This document shows, piece by piece, positions 26,058 through 35,300 of a DNA stretch of 64,000 bases. The notes beneath the pieces were generated by a model, which was not told where the DNA came from, did no database searches, and was given only the letters and a program-made list of their open reading frames with translations. Both the position numbers and the translations under genes were made by a program. Positions within the stretch are counted from its first letter, which is position 1. Each line of letters starts with the position of its first letter. This DNA is from Bythopirellula sp. (GTDB lineage Bacteria > Planctomycetota > Planctomycetia > Pirellulales > Lacipirellulaceae), in assembly GCA_965216565.1 (NCBI GenBank), contig OZ244170.1, positions 3,520,001 to 3,584,000 on the forward strand, given 5' to 3'.

Positions 26058-28076
26058 ATGTCCTCGACCGAAAAACCGACGACCGACGGCAATACGTGGG
26101 ACCAACTAGAACAATTGGCCGACGAGTTGCATGATCTTGCGCGCACTCCGATCGATGCTGCTGAGTTCTATCGCGTACTACTTCAAGGCGCGGTGGCAAT
26201 GCTAGCTACGGACGGCGGTGCGGTATGGCAACGGGATGCCCACGGCCTGTGGAGCATCGTCTATCAAGCCAATCTTGCCCGTGTGTTGGACACACAGAAT
26301 CCAGACACCGCTGCGACACATCAACAATTGCTGACGCGGACATCCCAGTCCAGGGAGGTCCAATTGCTATCGCCCGGCAGTGGAACGGCAGACACACTGG
26401 AGAATCCCACAGATGCTCAAGTGTTGATTGGAACCGTACCTGTCGAAAGTGGTCCGGAGCGTTTGATCGAGCTGTTTTTGCCCACCGGTTGCGGCCCGGA
26501 GATTCACCAAGGCTGGCGGGAACTGTTGGAGACGCTTCGCCAGATTGCTGCCGATTATCATGCCTGGGACGAATTTCGTCACCTCCGGAAGGAACAAGGC
26601 TTCCATACCAGTTCACTCGCGATGCTACGGCGGGTACACGGAAACTCCGACCTACAGAGAACCGCGTTCGAGGTAGCGAACGAAGGACGTCAGCTCGTGG
26701 GTGCCGATCGTCTGAGCGTCCTGCTGCGAAGAGGCAATCGCTGGCGGCTCTTGGCTGTGAGTGGCGTCGACCGTGTGGAACCTCGCTCCGATGCTGCGAA
26801 GAGCTTGTGCCAATTGGCGGATTGGACTGCGCGTTGGAACGAACCGCTGGAATATGCCGAACAAAGCGGCCTCGAGAGCCTACCTGATGAATTGGCGGAC
26901 GTATTGGCCCGTCATGCAGACCAATCGCAGGCACGTTCGGTGGTTGCTGTGCCACTAGAATTCGTTCGCGAAACAGAAATACGCAAACCAACAACCGTCC
27001 GACCATCGGCAGTACTCATCGCTGAGCAATTCCAAGGCGACAACACCACGCTGACTCGACAGCATGTGCAAGACCTAGGCGAACTATGCGTCCCCGCTTT
27101 GCAGCAGGCCGATCGGCTCGATCGATTCCCGCTACGGACGATTCTCCGCTGGAGCGACCGCTGGGCCAAGCTGGGTTGGCTACGCGGCATCGCCAGAACG
27201 CTTTTGTACGCGACCGCAGCGGCAGCCTTGGTGGGAGCACTGGTATTTGTGGAGCGCGACTTCGAAGTCGAGGCCTCCGCCAACCTGGTTCCTCTGGTCG
27301 ATCACGATGTCTTTGCGTCGACTGATGGAACGGTTGCTACGGTACTCGTAGACCATGGAGATAGCGTCAATGCGGGAGATGTTCTGGCTACCTTGGACGA
27401 TCCTCAACTAGTGCTCGATTTGCAACGTGTCCGCGGCGAGATTGAGACGACTCGCAAACGGCTGGAAGCCATCGCGGTCGCCCGCACTGATCGGCAAGTG
27501 CGAGAGAACATTGAATCGGAGAGCCTGTCACTCTCCGCGGAAGCCGAGCAGCTTCGGCAACGGATGAACAGCCTGGAACGGCAGACGGAGATTCTCCTTG
27601 CTCGGCAATCAGCGCTAACCGTGAAGAGCCCCATTGACGGCATCGTGCTTACTCTCGACGTGCAGCACCTCTTAGAAACACGCCCCGTTTCTCGGGGGCA
27701 AGTGCTGTTTACAGTGGCCGATCCCAATGTGGGTTGGCAGTTGCTCGCTGAAGTTCCGCAAGACAGGATCGGCCATGTTACCCAGGCTCAGGACGAACAG
27801 GAGTCTGTACCGGTCAGAGTTCGACTGGTGGGCGACATCGATCAAATCTTCTCGGGACATCTTAACGCTATACGGGAAACCGCCGTGCTGGATGTCGATT
27901 CTCTGGCCGAAGACCTGCCTGCCGTTCAGGTGGAGATCTCCCTAGACGACCAATTACCATCGATTGCCCGACCGGGCATGAACGCCGACGTTCGGATTTA
28001 CTGTGGGCGTAAGTCGCTCGGATATGTCTGGCTGCATGACGTTTGGGAAACCGTGCACCGTTGGATAATTTTTTGA
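26058..28076 (+). CDS. GAF-domain-containing HlyD-family membrane fusion protein
   Basis: Two N-terminal GAF-like segments (GGAVW; GADRLSVL...LLAVSG), a TM, biotinyl/lipoyl-like halves (DGTVATVLVDHGDSVNAGDVL; VKSPIDGIV) around a coiled coil, and RPGM near the end. Confidence 0.85.
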   Translation: MSSTEKPTTDGNTWDQLEQLADELHDLARTPIDAAEFYRVLLQGAVAMLATDGGAVWQRDAHGLWSIVYQANLARVLDTQNPDTAATHQQLLTRTSQSREVQLLSPGSGTADTLENPTDAQVLIGTVPVESGPERLIELFLPTGCGPEIHQGWRELLETLRQIAADYHAWDEFRHLRKEQGFHTSSLAMLRRVHGNSDLQRTAFEVANEGRQLVGADRLSVLLRRGNRWRLLAVSGVDRVEPRSDAAKSLCQLADWTARWNEPLEYAEQSGLESLPDELADVLARHADQSQARSVVAVPLEFVRETEIRKPTTVRPSAVLIAEQFQGDNTTLTRQHVQDLGELCVPALQQADRLDRFPLRTILRWSDRWAKLGWLRGIARTLLYATAAAALVGALVFVERDFEVEASANLVPLVDHDVFASTDGTVATVLVDHGDSVNAGDVLATLDDPQLVLDLQRVRGEIETTRKRLEAIAVARTDRQVRENIESESLSLSAEAEQLRQRMNSLERQTEILLARQSALTVKSPIDGIVLTLDVQHLLETRPVSRGQVLFTVADPNVGWQLLAEVPQDRIGHVTQAQDEQESVPVRVRLVGDIDQIFSGHLNAIRETAVLDVDSLAEDLPAVQVEISLDDQLPSIARPGMNADVRIYCGRKSLGYVWLHDVWETVHRWIIF

Positions 28077-28948
28077 TGAACAAGCTCCAAGCAATTTTCT
28101 GCCTAGTGCTGCTGGCCTCGGTGCCTGTAACTAACGCATGCGCTAGCGATGTGGAACCAATTACCATCGAATCCGTCGTGTTGCGGCCGCTGCGTGCTGC
28201 CGAAATCCCAGCTCAGCAAACGGGATTGCTACTGCAGGTTTCTGTAGACGAAGGAGAAGTCGTCAAGAAGAAGCAAATTCTAGCCACGTTAGACCCTCAC
28301 GCAGCCCATCTAGCGGTGAAGCAAGCAATCGCCGAACGCGATCAGGCTCGAAAGGTTGCCGAGAATCGAATCAGCGTTGAATACACGGACAAAGCGATCG
28401 AAGTCGCTGAGGCGGAATTGCGGCGTTCGATGGAATCGATCGAGAAATTCCCGAAGAGCATTTCACAGTCGCAAATTGATGTGGAGCGATTGACGGTGGA
28501 AAAACTTCAACTCGAGCGACAACAGGCAGAGCACCAATTGTTACTGGAATCGTACTCCTTGAAGCTCAAAGAGAACGAACTTGCTGCGGCGAAATTGGCC
28601 TTGGAGAAACATCGCCTGCAGGCACCTTTCTCGGGGACTGTGGTTCTCGTGCGGGGACGCGTCGGTGAGTGGGTCGAAAAAGGCGACCTTGTGTTGCGAC
28701 TGGTAGCCGTGAAGAAGCTTCGTGCAGAAGGGTTCCTGCCCGTCGAACAGGCTTCGGCAGATCTGGTCGGACGAAACGTAACTTTCTCAACTGAACTCGG
28801 CGGCAAACCACTGCAGGCCACTGGCGAACTACGCTTTGTCAGCCCCGAAATGGATCCGGTGACACGACAAGTTCGCGTTTGGGCGGAACTCGATAATAGT
28901 GCTGGCACCCTGCGTTCGGGTGGCCAGGGAACAATGCGCATCGAATAG
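28076..28948 (+). CDS. HlyD/RND-type periplasmic adaptor subunit
   Basis: Signal peptide, IPAQQTG...VDEGEVV, coiled coil, LQAPFSG and VSPEMDPVTRQVRV. Start overlaps the previous stop (TGATG). Confidence 0.88.
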   Translation: MNKLQAIFCLVLLASVPVTNACASDVEPITIESVVLRPLRAAEIPAQQTGLLLQVSVDEGEVVKKKQILATLDPHAAHLAVKQAIAERDQARKVAENRISVEYTDKAIEVAEAELRRSMESIEKFPKSISQSQIDVERLTVEKLQLERQQAEHQLLLESYSLKLKENELAAAKLALEKHRLQAPFSGTVVLVRGRVGEWVEKGDLVLRLVAVKKLRAEGFLPVEQASADLVGRNVTFSTELGGKPLQATGELRFVSPEMDPVTRQVRVWAELDNSAGTLRSGGQGTMRIE

Positions 28949-28967
28949 ACCCAGAATCCAACGTTCC

Positions 28968-31148
28968 ATGGCAAACGCTTCGCACCATCAAATGTCGGCT
29001 ATCGATCGCCCCCTGGCGCTGCGTGCGCGACAAGACATTCAAACGGTAGAGGCTGCTTTCGTAGGCCAAGCTGCCTACGTGCTGAAGGATTCGCTGACAC
29101 TGGAACTCTTCCACCTGACCGCCGAAGAGTTTTTTCTGTTTCAGGCGGTCAAGGTTCGAACCACGCTTGGCCGACTGCGGCGTGAATTTGAACGACGTTT
29201 TGCACCTCGGCGGATCACCGAGCTGGCAATTCAAGAGGGATTGAACCAACTGCATAAACGAGGATTGCTTCTTAGCGAGGCTCCTGCGCAGGGGAAAGAG
29301 CTCTTGGAACGCAGCAGGGAACGTCAGAAACAAGAGTGGCTGCAAAGCTTCGTCAGCCTGCTTTCGTTTCGCCTGGGAAGTATTGATGCCACAGGGTTCA
29401 TTGATGGCATGTACCGTTGTGTTCGCTGGGCATTCTCGCTGCCGTGTTTGCTTATTGTCGCGGCAACGATGTTCTACGCCCTGCGAATTCTGTTTGTGGA
29501 GTTCAGTGAATTGACGGCCTCGCTCCCGGCCATGGCGGAATTAGCCCAGCCCAAATATTGGGCAATCTGGCTCACTACCGTCGCCATGGTGAAGGTTTTT
29601 CACGAACTGGGCCATGCGCTAGCTTGCAAACACTTTGGCGGACGTTGCCACGAAATTGGAGTGATCCTGTTGGCGTTCGTTCCCTGCTTATATTGCGATG
29701 TGTCGGACGTATGGCGGATGCCCAACAAATGGCACAGAATCGCCGTCTCCGCTGCAGGCATGGCGGTGGAATTGTTGATTGCTTCGCTCGCCCTGATTGC
29801 CTGGCATTATGCCGCGCCCGGTATTTTCCAGCTGTGGTGTTTGAGCTTGGTCCTGATCTGTTCGGTCACAACCCTATTTGTGAACGCCAATCCACTGCTC
29901 CGCTACGATGGCTATTACATTCTGTCCGATTTGGTGGAAGTGCCCAATCTCGCGACACGCGCTCAAAGTCTACTTAGCCAGCGGCTTACTGGATGGCTGC
30001 AAAATCAACCGCCTCAGCAAGACCCGTTGTTGAGTCCCGCACGTCGTCGAGCAGTGACACTCTATGCCATTGCCGCCAAAGTCTATCTCACATTGATCGT
30101 TCTGCTGATTTTCGCTGGACTGATTGCAGTAACTAGACCCTATCGCCTGGAAAACCTTATCTACACACTGGCTGCATTGACCCTGTGTGGCATGCTCGTC
30201 GCCCCGCTGATGAGCGTATGGAGACTCTGGAATAACCCCGTTTCGCGCTATCGATTGAGGATACCTCGAGCTCTGCTCCTAATGGTTTTGGTAGGTCTGC
30301 TGGGTGCCGGGGCATTTCTGTTTCCGATCGACCAATCGCTGACTGGGCCTGCCGTATTTGTTCCGCAGCAAGCTCAGACTATTTACGCAGCTACCGGTGG
30401 TCAGTTGGTGTTTGCTCAACCGGCTGGGACCGTCGTTGAGAAGGGAGAGGTTATCGCGCAATTGGTGGACACAGAGATCGATCTTGCAGTGGCTGAGCAG
30501 GAAGGCGAGTATCTGGTGCGTCAGGTCAGTTACGAACAGATCGAGACAATGCGTTCGTGGGATGAAACGGCCAGTGCCCGAGCCCCTACCGCCCGTGCGG
30601 CGTTGGCTGACGCTAAAGCCCAATTGGCGGAGCATCGCGAGCGGCAGGATGCACTAACACTTAGGGCTCCCACAGCGGGTGTGATTGTCGCGCCACCTGC
30701 GATTGAACCCAAAGCGAATACTCAAGGACAGCTGCGAAGTTGGATTGGCTCACCGCTGGAACCGAGAAACCGCGGTTGTTGGATCGAGCCAGGCACTATT
30801 ATTTGCAGTGTGGGTAACTCCAAAGATTTGAATGCCCTGGTGGCCATCGAAGAAACAGACGCGCCGGGAGTTTCGCCTGGAATGCAGGTACGAATTCTAG
30901 TCGAATCCTCACCCGTTCGTGTCGTCGAAGGTGTGGTTATCGACGTGGCCAAGCGCGGGAGTGCTCGATCAAGTGCTGCGTCGACCGGGGATCGGACAAA
31001 GGAACACTTAGCGGAGGTCCGACTAACGACCGACGATCCGCTTCTGATGATCGGCGCACGCGGTACTGCCAAGATCGAAGCGAGCCGTCGCACCCTGTGG
31101 CAGATTGCCTATCACGAAGTGCATGAAATGCTCAAGTTGCCTTGGTAG
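28968..31148 (+). CDS. site-2 protease (peptidase M50) fused to an HlyD-like domain, with a PqqD-like N-terminus
   Basis: KVFHELGH (HExxH in a TM), NANPLLRYDGYY (NPDG-type motif), multiple TMs, and C-terminal lipoyl/coiled-coil HlyD elements (LRAPTAG). Confidence 0.88.
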   Translation: MANASHHQMSAIDRPLALRARQDIQTVEAAFVGQAAYVLKDSLTLELFHLTAEEFFLFQAVKVRTTLGRLRREFERRFAPRRITELAIQEGLNQLHKRGLLLSEAPAQGKELLERSRERQKQEWLQSFVSLLSFRLGSIDATGFIDGMYRCVRWAFSLPCLLIVAATMFYALRILFVEFSELTASLPAMAELAQPKYWAIWLTTVAMVKVFHELGHALACKHFGGRCHEIGVILLAFVPCLYCDVSDVWRMPNKWHRIAVSAAGMAVELLIASLALIAWHYAAPGIFQLWCLSLVLICSVTTLFVNANPLLRYDGYYILSDLVEVPNLATRAQSLLSQRLTGWLQNQPPQQDPLLSPARRRAVTLYAIAAKVYLTLIVLLIFAGLIAVTRPYRLENLIYTLAALTLCGMLVAPLMSVWRLWNNPVSRYRLRIPRALLLMVLVGLLGAGAFLFPIDQSLTGPAVFVPQQAQTIYAATGGQLVFAQPAGTVVEKGEVIAQLVDTEIDLAVAEQEGEYLVRQVSYEQIETMRSWDETASARAPTARAALADAKAQLAEHRERQDALTLRAPTAGVIVAPPAIEPKANTQGQLRSWIGSPLEPRNRGCWIEPGTIICSVGNSKDLNALVAIEETDAPGVSPGMQVRILVESSPVRVVEGVVIDVAKRGSARSSAASTGDRTKEHLAEVRLTTDDPLLMIGARGTAKIEASRRTLWQIAYHEVHEMLKLPW

Positions 31149-31151
31149 TCG

Positions 31152-32015
31152 CTACGGCACGAGCGCCACAAGCCCGACAATGACCGCTGCTTCGAAGACA
31201 CCTGCCGCGACATGACGTGGAGGATGATGCCAACGGTAAGGGACACAATCGCCGGGTCGATAATGCCCCAAGGTGTAGATGCATTCGCAGGGCGGTCGCG
31301 CGACCATCAAATACGGTAGCGCGGGAATTGTGGCTAGGAATCGCCCTGCTGAGATAAAAGGCTGGACGCAATGACCACGTGTGTATCCATAGCGCTCGGC
31401 GTTGACTTCTTCGAAATAGAGCGGTCGATGATGCATACAAGTGGCAGCCCAGTGCTTTTCGTAAACCGCCCAACCGCAAGTAAGACGTGTATCGCCCACC
31501 GGCATGCTGGTGCGTCGACACTGTGCGGCGATGTCTTCCGGTAGTTTGCCAGCTGGGGCGGCAATGCCTACACGCACTGAAGAGATCGGAACGGCAACGA
31601 AACAAGGATCTCGCTGGACCTGTCCGGCTTCGATCTGTTCTTGATTGTTTTCTGCACCCGGCCCCACCGCATCTTGGAGCATCGCCAGATGATGCTGTTC
31701 CTCTAGCGATCCCTGCAGCGAAGTCAATTCAGTGCACCAGCGGGCAGCCATGTGGACAATAGGTTCCCAATCGAGAGCAGGGGTTACACCCAGATTCCGC
31801 AGTTCGCTAGCATGTCGTTGCTGTAGACGACCGGCAGGACTAGCAAGCTGGAATTCGGAATCGCGGCTTACGAAATCATTGGCAGAAGGCTGACTATTGG
31901 CAGTGGCAGGCCATAAGGTAACGCAAGCAAGTGCCAGCGCAATCCCTCGGAGCCATGTGTTTGCCCGACGACCGGAACAGCGGGGTAAGTTGCATGCGGG
32001 GAATGTCGTTTGCAT
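31152..32015 (-). CDS. conserved planctomycete-type hypothetical exported/membrane protein
   Basis: Signal peptide, WAATCMHHRPLYFEEVNAERYG...YTLGHYRPG core, and a hydrophobic C-terminus ending in P. Confidence 0.7.
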   Translation of the reverse strand: MQTTFPACNLPRCSGRRANTWLRGIALALACVTLWPATANSQPSANDFVSRDSEFQLASPAGRLQQRHASELRNLGVTPALDWEPIVHMAARWCTELTSLQGSLEEQHHLAMLQDAVGPGAENNQEQIEAGQVQRDPCFVAVPISSVRVGIAAPAGKLPEDIAAQCRRTSMPVGDTRLTCGWAVYEKHWAATCMHHRPLYFEEVNAERYGYTRGHCVQPFISAGRFLATIPALPYLMVARPPCECIYTLGHYRPGDCVPYRWHHPPRHVAAGVFEAAVIVGLVALVP

Positions 32016-32398
32016 ACGGTCGCTCAGCTTTCAAGGGTAGGAACACGGCAAACAATGCCGTCGCTGTGCGGTGTATTCGTCGCGTTACAACCCTATTCTC
32101 AAGAAGATTCGTTGTGCGCCTTACGATCGTTGTGAGTGGCGCATCCGGCAAAGTTTCTCTAGGCTCGCACCAAAACCAGGCCGAGGACGGCCTAAATGTC
32201 TAATTTCCGGCTGCCAGGCAGTTCCGCGAATGCCTGAATACTGAGGCCCAAATGTTTGCATCTGCATGAGTTTGTCGGGATAATCAGTAATAGCTCGTAT
32301 GGATCACGAATCCGTCGGCATGAAGCAGAGCAAGACGCCCTCCTCGCCACCCTAACTTGCTAGCGAATCACCCTTTTCTGTAGGACACTTCTCGCATC

Positions 32399-35300
32399 AT
32401 GGGTCTGTTCACAATCTTTGCAAGTTGCCTGGGGCTATTTCGCCGTAAACGAACTTCTCATTCGGAGCAATTACAAGCTCGACCACTCGTGCCGCGCACC
32501 CTCGAGCGCCGACGCGTACTCGATGCTTCAGCCGCCGGAGCAGCACTAGCGCCCCTGGCCGAGCTGACCGACACCGTACAAACCGGTTTGTACGATACAG
32601 GCGAAGGCACGGAAAACGAAGAAGAAATTGTCCTATCTGGGGAGTCAGAAAACACGTCGCCCTCCAATCTGCAGATTCAACCACTCGATCCTGTATTGGA
32701 AAACGGTTTCGCTCAGTTATCTTTGTCGTTTGACGACCCCGACTTTGAAGACTCCCACACCGTGGAGATCGATTGGGGTGATGGAACGGTAGAGACCATC
32801 AATCTCAACGAAGACCAGCTATCGCTCGTCACACAGCACCAATATCTTGATGACGATCCAACAGCCACGCCATCGGATCTGACTCCGATCATGGTGACCG
32901 TCACCGACAGCTATGGAGAATCGGTCAGCGAGTCGGCCACTGTTGAAGTGATTAATGTCGATCCCGAGATCACGTTCTTCTCTGTCACTTCTCCCATCAA
33001 TGAAAATGACAGTGTCATTTTGCAGCTGGCGTTCGAAGACGTAGGCTCGCTGGATAACCATACGGTCGAGATCGATTGGGGCGACGGAACTCCGATCGAG
33101 ACGATCATTCTGAGCGACGACCAGTTTTCGCTCGTCACCCAACATAAGTATCTCGACGACAATCCTAGTGGAACTCCAAGTGACGACTACACGGTGACAG
33201 CCACGGTGATTGATGACGACACTGGCAGCGACTCGGCTATGACGGTTGTTACCGTGAATAATGTCAATCCGATACTCATGCTGAATCCACTGGCGGATAT
33301 TAGCGAAAACGACAGCACAACTCTCAGCGGCAATGTGAGTGACGTCGGCACGCTCGATACTTTCACGCTCGATATCGATTGGGGCGATCCCTTGAGTCCC
33401 GACAACGTGCAGTCGTTTAACCTAGGAAATGTTGTTCTAACCGAAGCGGCCGACGGGATTAATTGGAATCCCGTGACGGGAGACTTCTCACTTTCGCATC
33501 AGTATCTCGACGATAATCCCAGCGGCGATCCCAGCAACGACTACACCGTGAGTGTAACGGTCACCGACGACGATACCGGCACCAACATGGCAATGGCAAT
33601 GCTCACCGTGAGCAATGTTGCCCCGATGGTCACCATCAACGATGCGCCGCTCAACAGCCCCGAAGGCACGCAGATTGATCTAACGAGTACAGTCGTCGAC
33701 CCCGGCTCGCTCGACACCTTCACCTATGCTTGGGAAGCCTCTGTGGGCGGCAATGTCGTGGCCACGGGAAGTGATCCAAACTTTAGCTTCACACCGGCTG
33801 ACGATGGAACCTACCTGGTGAAACTGGAAGTAACCGACGACGATGGTGAGTCGGGTATGAATATGGTCTCCATAGAAGTGATGAACGTAGATCCAACTTT
33901 GGCACCCATCGCCAACATCACAGCCAATGAGGGCGAGTTCATCATGCTTCCTCCGGCTACCTTTAGCGATCCCGGATTTGATCTCGTAGCGGCTGGCACC
34001 CAGGAGAACTTCACCGCCACCATCGACTGGGGCGATGGAACCACCGAGCCGGTCGGCGATATCACCCTGGTCGAAGTCCCAGGTAGCGAAGGCGTGCTTA
34101 CCACCGGCACCATCCAGGCCATGCATGCTTATGCCGACAACGGAGTTTACACCGTGACCGTCACCGTGATAGACGACGATGGTGGCAGTGCCTCGCAGAT
34201 GTTTGAGGTCACCGTTAGTAACGTTAATCCCACGCTCGATCCCATCGCTAATATCACAGCCAATGAGGGCGAGTTCATCATGCTCCCCCCCGCTACTTTT
34301 AGCGATCCCGGGTTCGACTTGGCAGCGGCTGGCACCCAGGAGAACTTCACCGCCACCATCGACTGGGGCGATGGCACCACCGAGCCGGTCGGCGATATCA
34401 CCCTGGTCGAAGTCCCAGGTAGCGAAGGCGTGCTTACCACCGGCACCATCCAGGCCATGCATGCTTATGCCGACAACGGAGTTTACACCGTGACCGTCAC
34501 CGTGATAGACGACGATGGTGGAGTCGGGATGGCGGAGTTTACCGTGACAGTGGCCAATGTTGCGCCATCTCTCACCGGCGTGGATGGCTCCGAGATATTG
34601 GACGAAGGCGAAGAGTTCACTCTGGCTGACTTTGGGTTGGGGATTAGTGATCCGGGATTCGACAATCCCCTCAACGTCGGCGGTGAATTGGAAGAGACGT
34701 TTACCGGAGTTTCGATCGACTGGGGCGATGGCACTGCAGCGATTCCAGTAAACGTCGTGAATAGAGTTTCGGGCAGTGAAGGTGTATTGACCACCGCTGA
34801 ATTCGACCATGCAGCCCACGCTTACGCCGATAACGGCACGTACACGGTTACCGTCACATTCTCGGACGATGACGGTGGAGTAACCGCTGCTGAGTTTGAG
34901 GTGATCGTGAACAACGTGGCGCCAACATTGGTGCTCACCGATCGGGTGCTGGTGATCAACGAAGGCGATACGCTCGATTTGTTCGACCTTGGCACATTTA
35001 GCGATCCAGGGTTCGATAACCCAGCCAATCCCAACGGTGCCTCGACAGAGAGTTTCACCTACGAAATCACTTGGGAACAAGGCGTTGCGCCGGAAGGTGG
35101 CTTACTCCCAGCCACAGAAGTGGACGGGATGCAAGGCACGCCTACCACAGGCACATTGGCTGACAGCCACCTCTATATCGACAATGACGACGATAGCTTT
35201 TTCACCATTACGGTCACACTCACTGACGACGACGGCGGCAGTGACACGCAGCAGATTATGGTGCAGGTCAACAACCTCAACCCGGTCCTCGATCCTATCG

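Noticed and set aside
33680..35080. 466-aa minus-strand ORF and other antisense ORFs within the PKD gene
   Set aside because: Shadow frames of a repetitive, codon-biased gene; they mirror its 336-bp repeat and carry no recognisable motifs.
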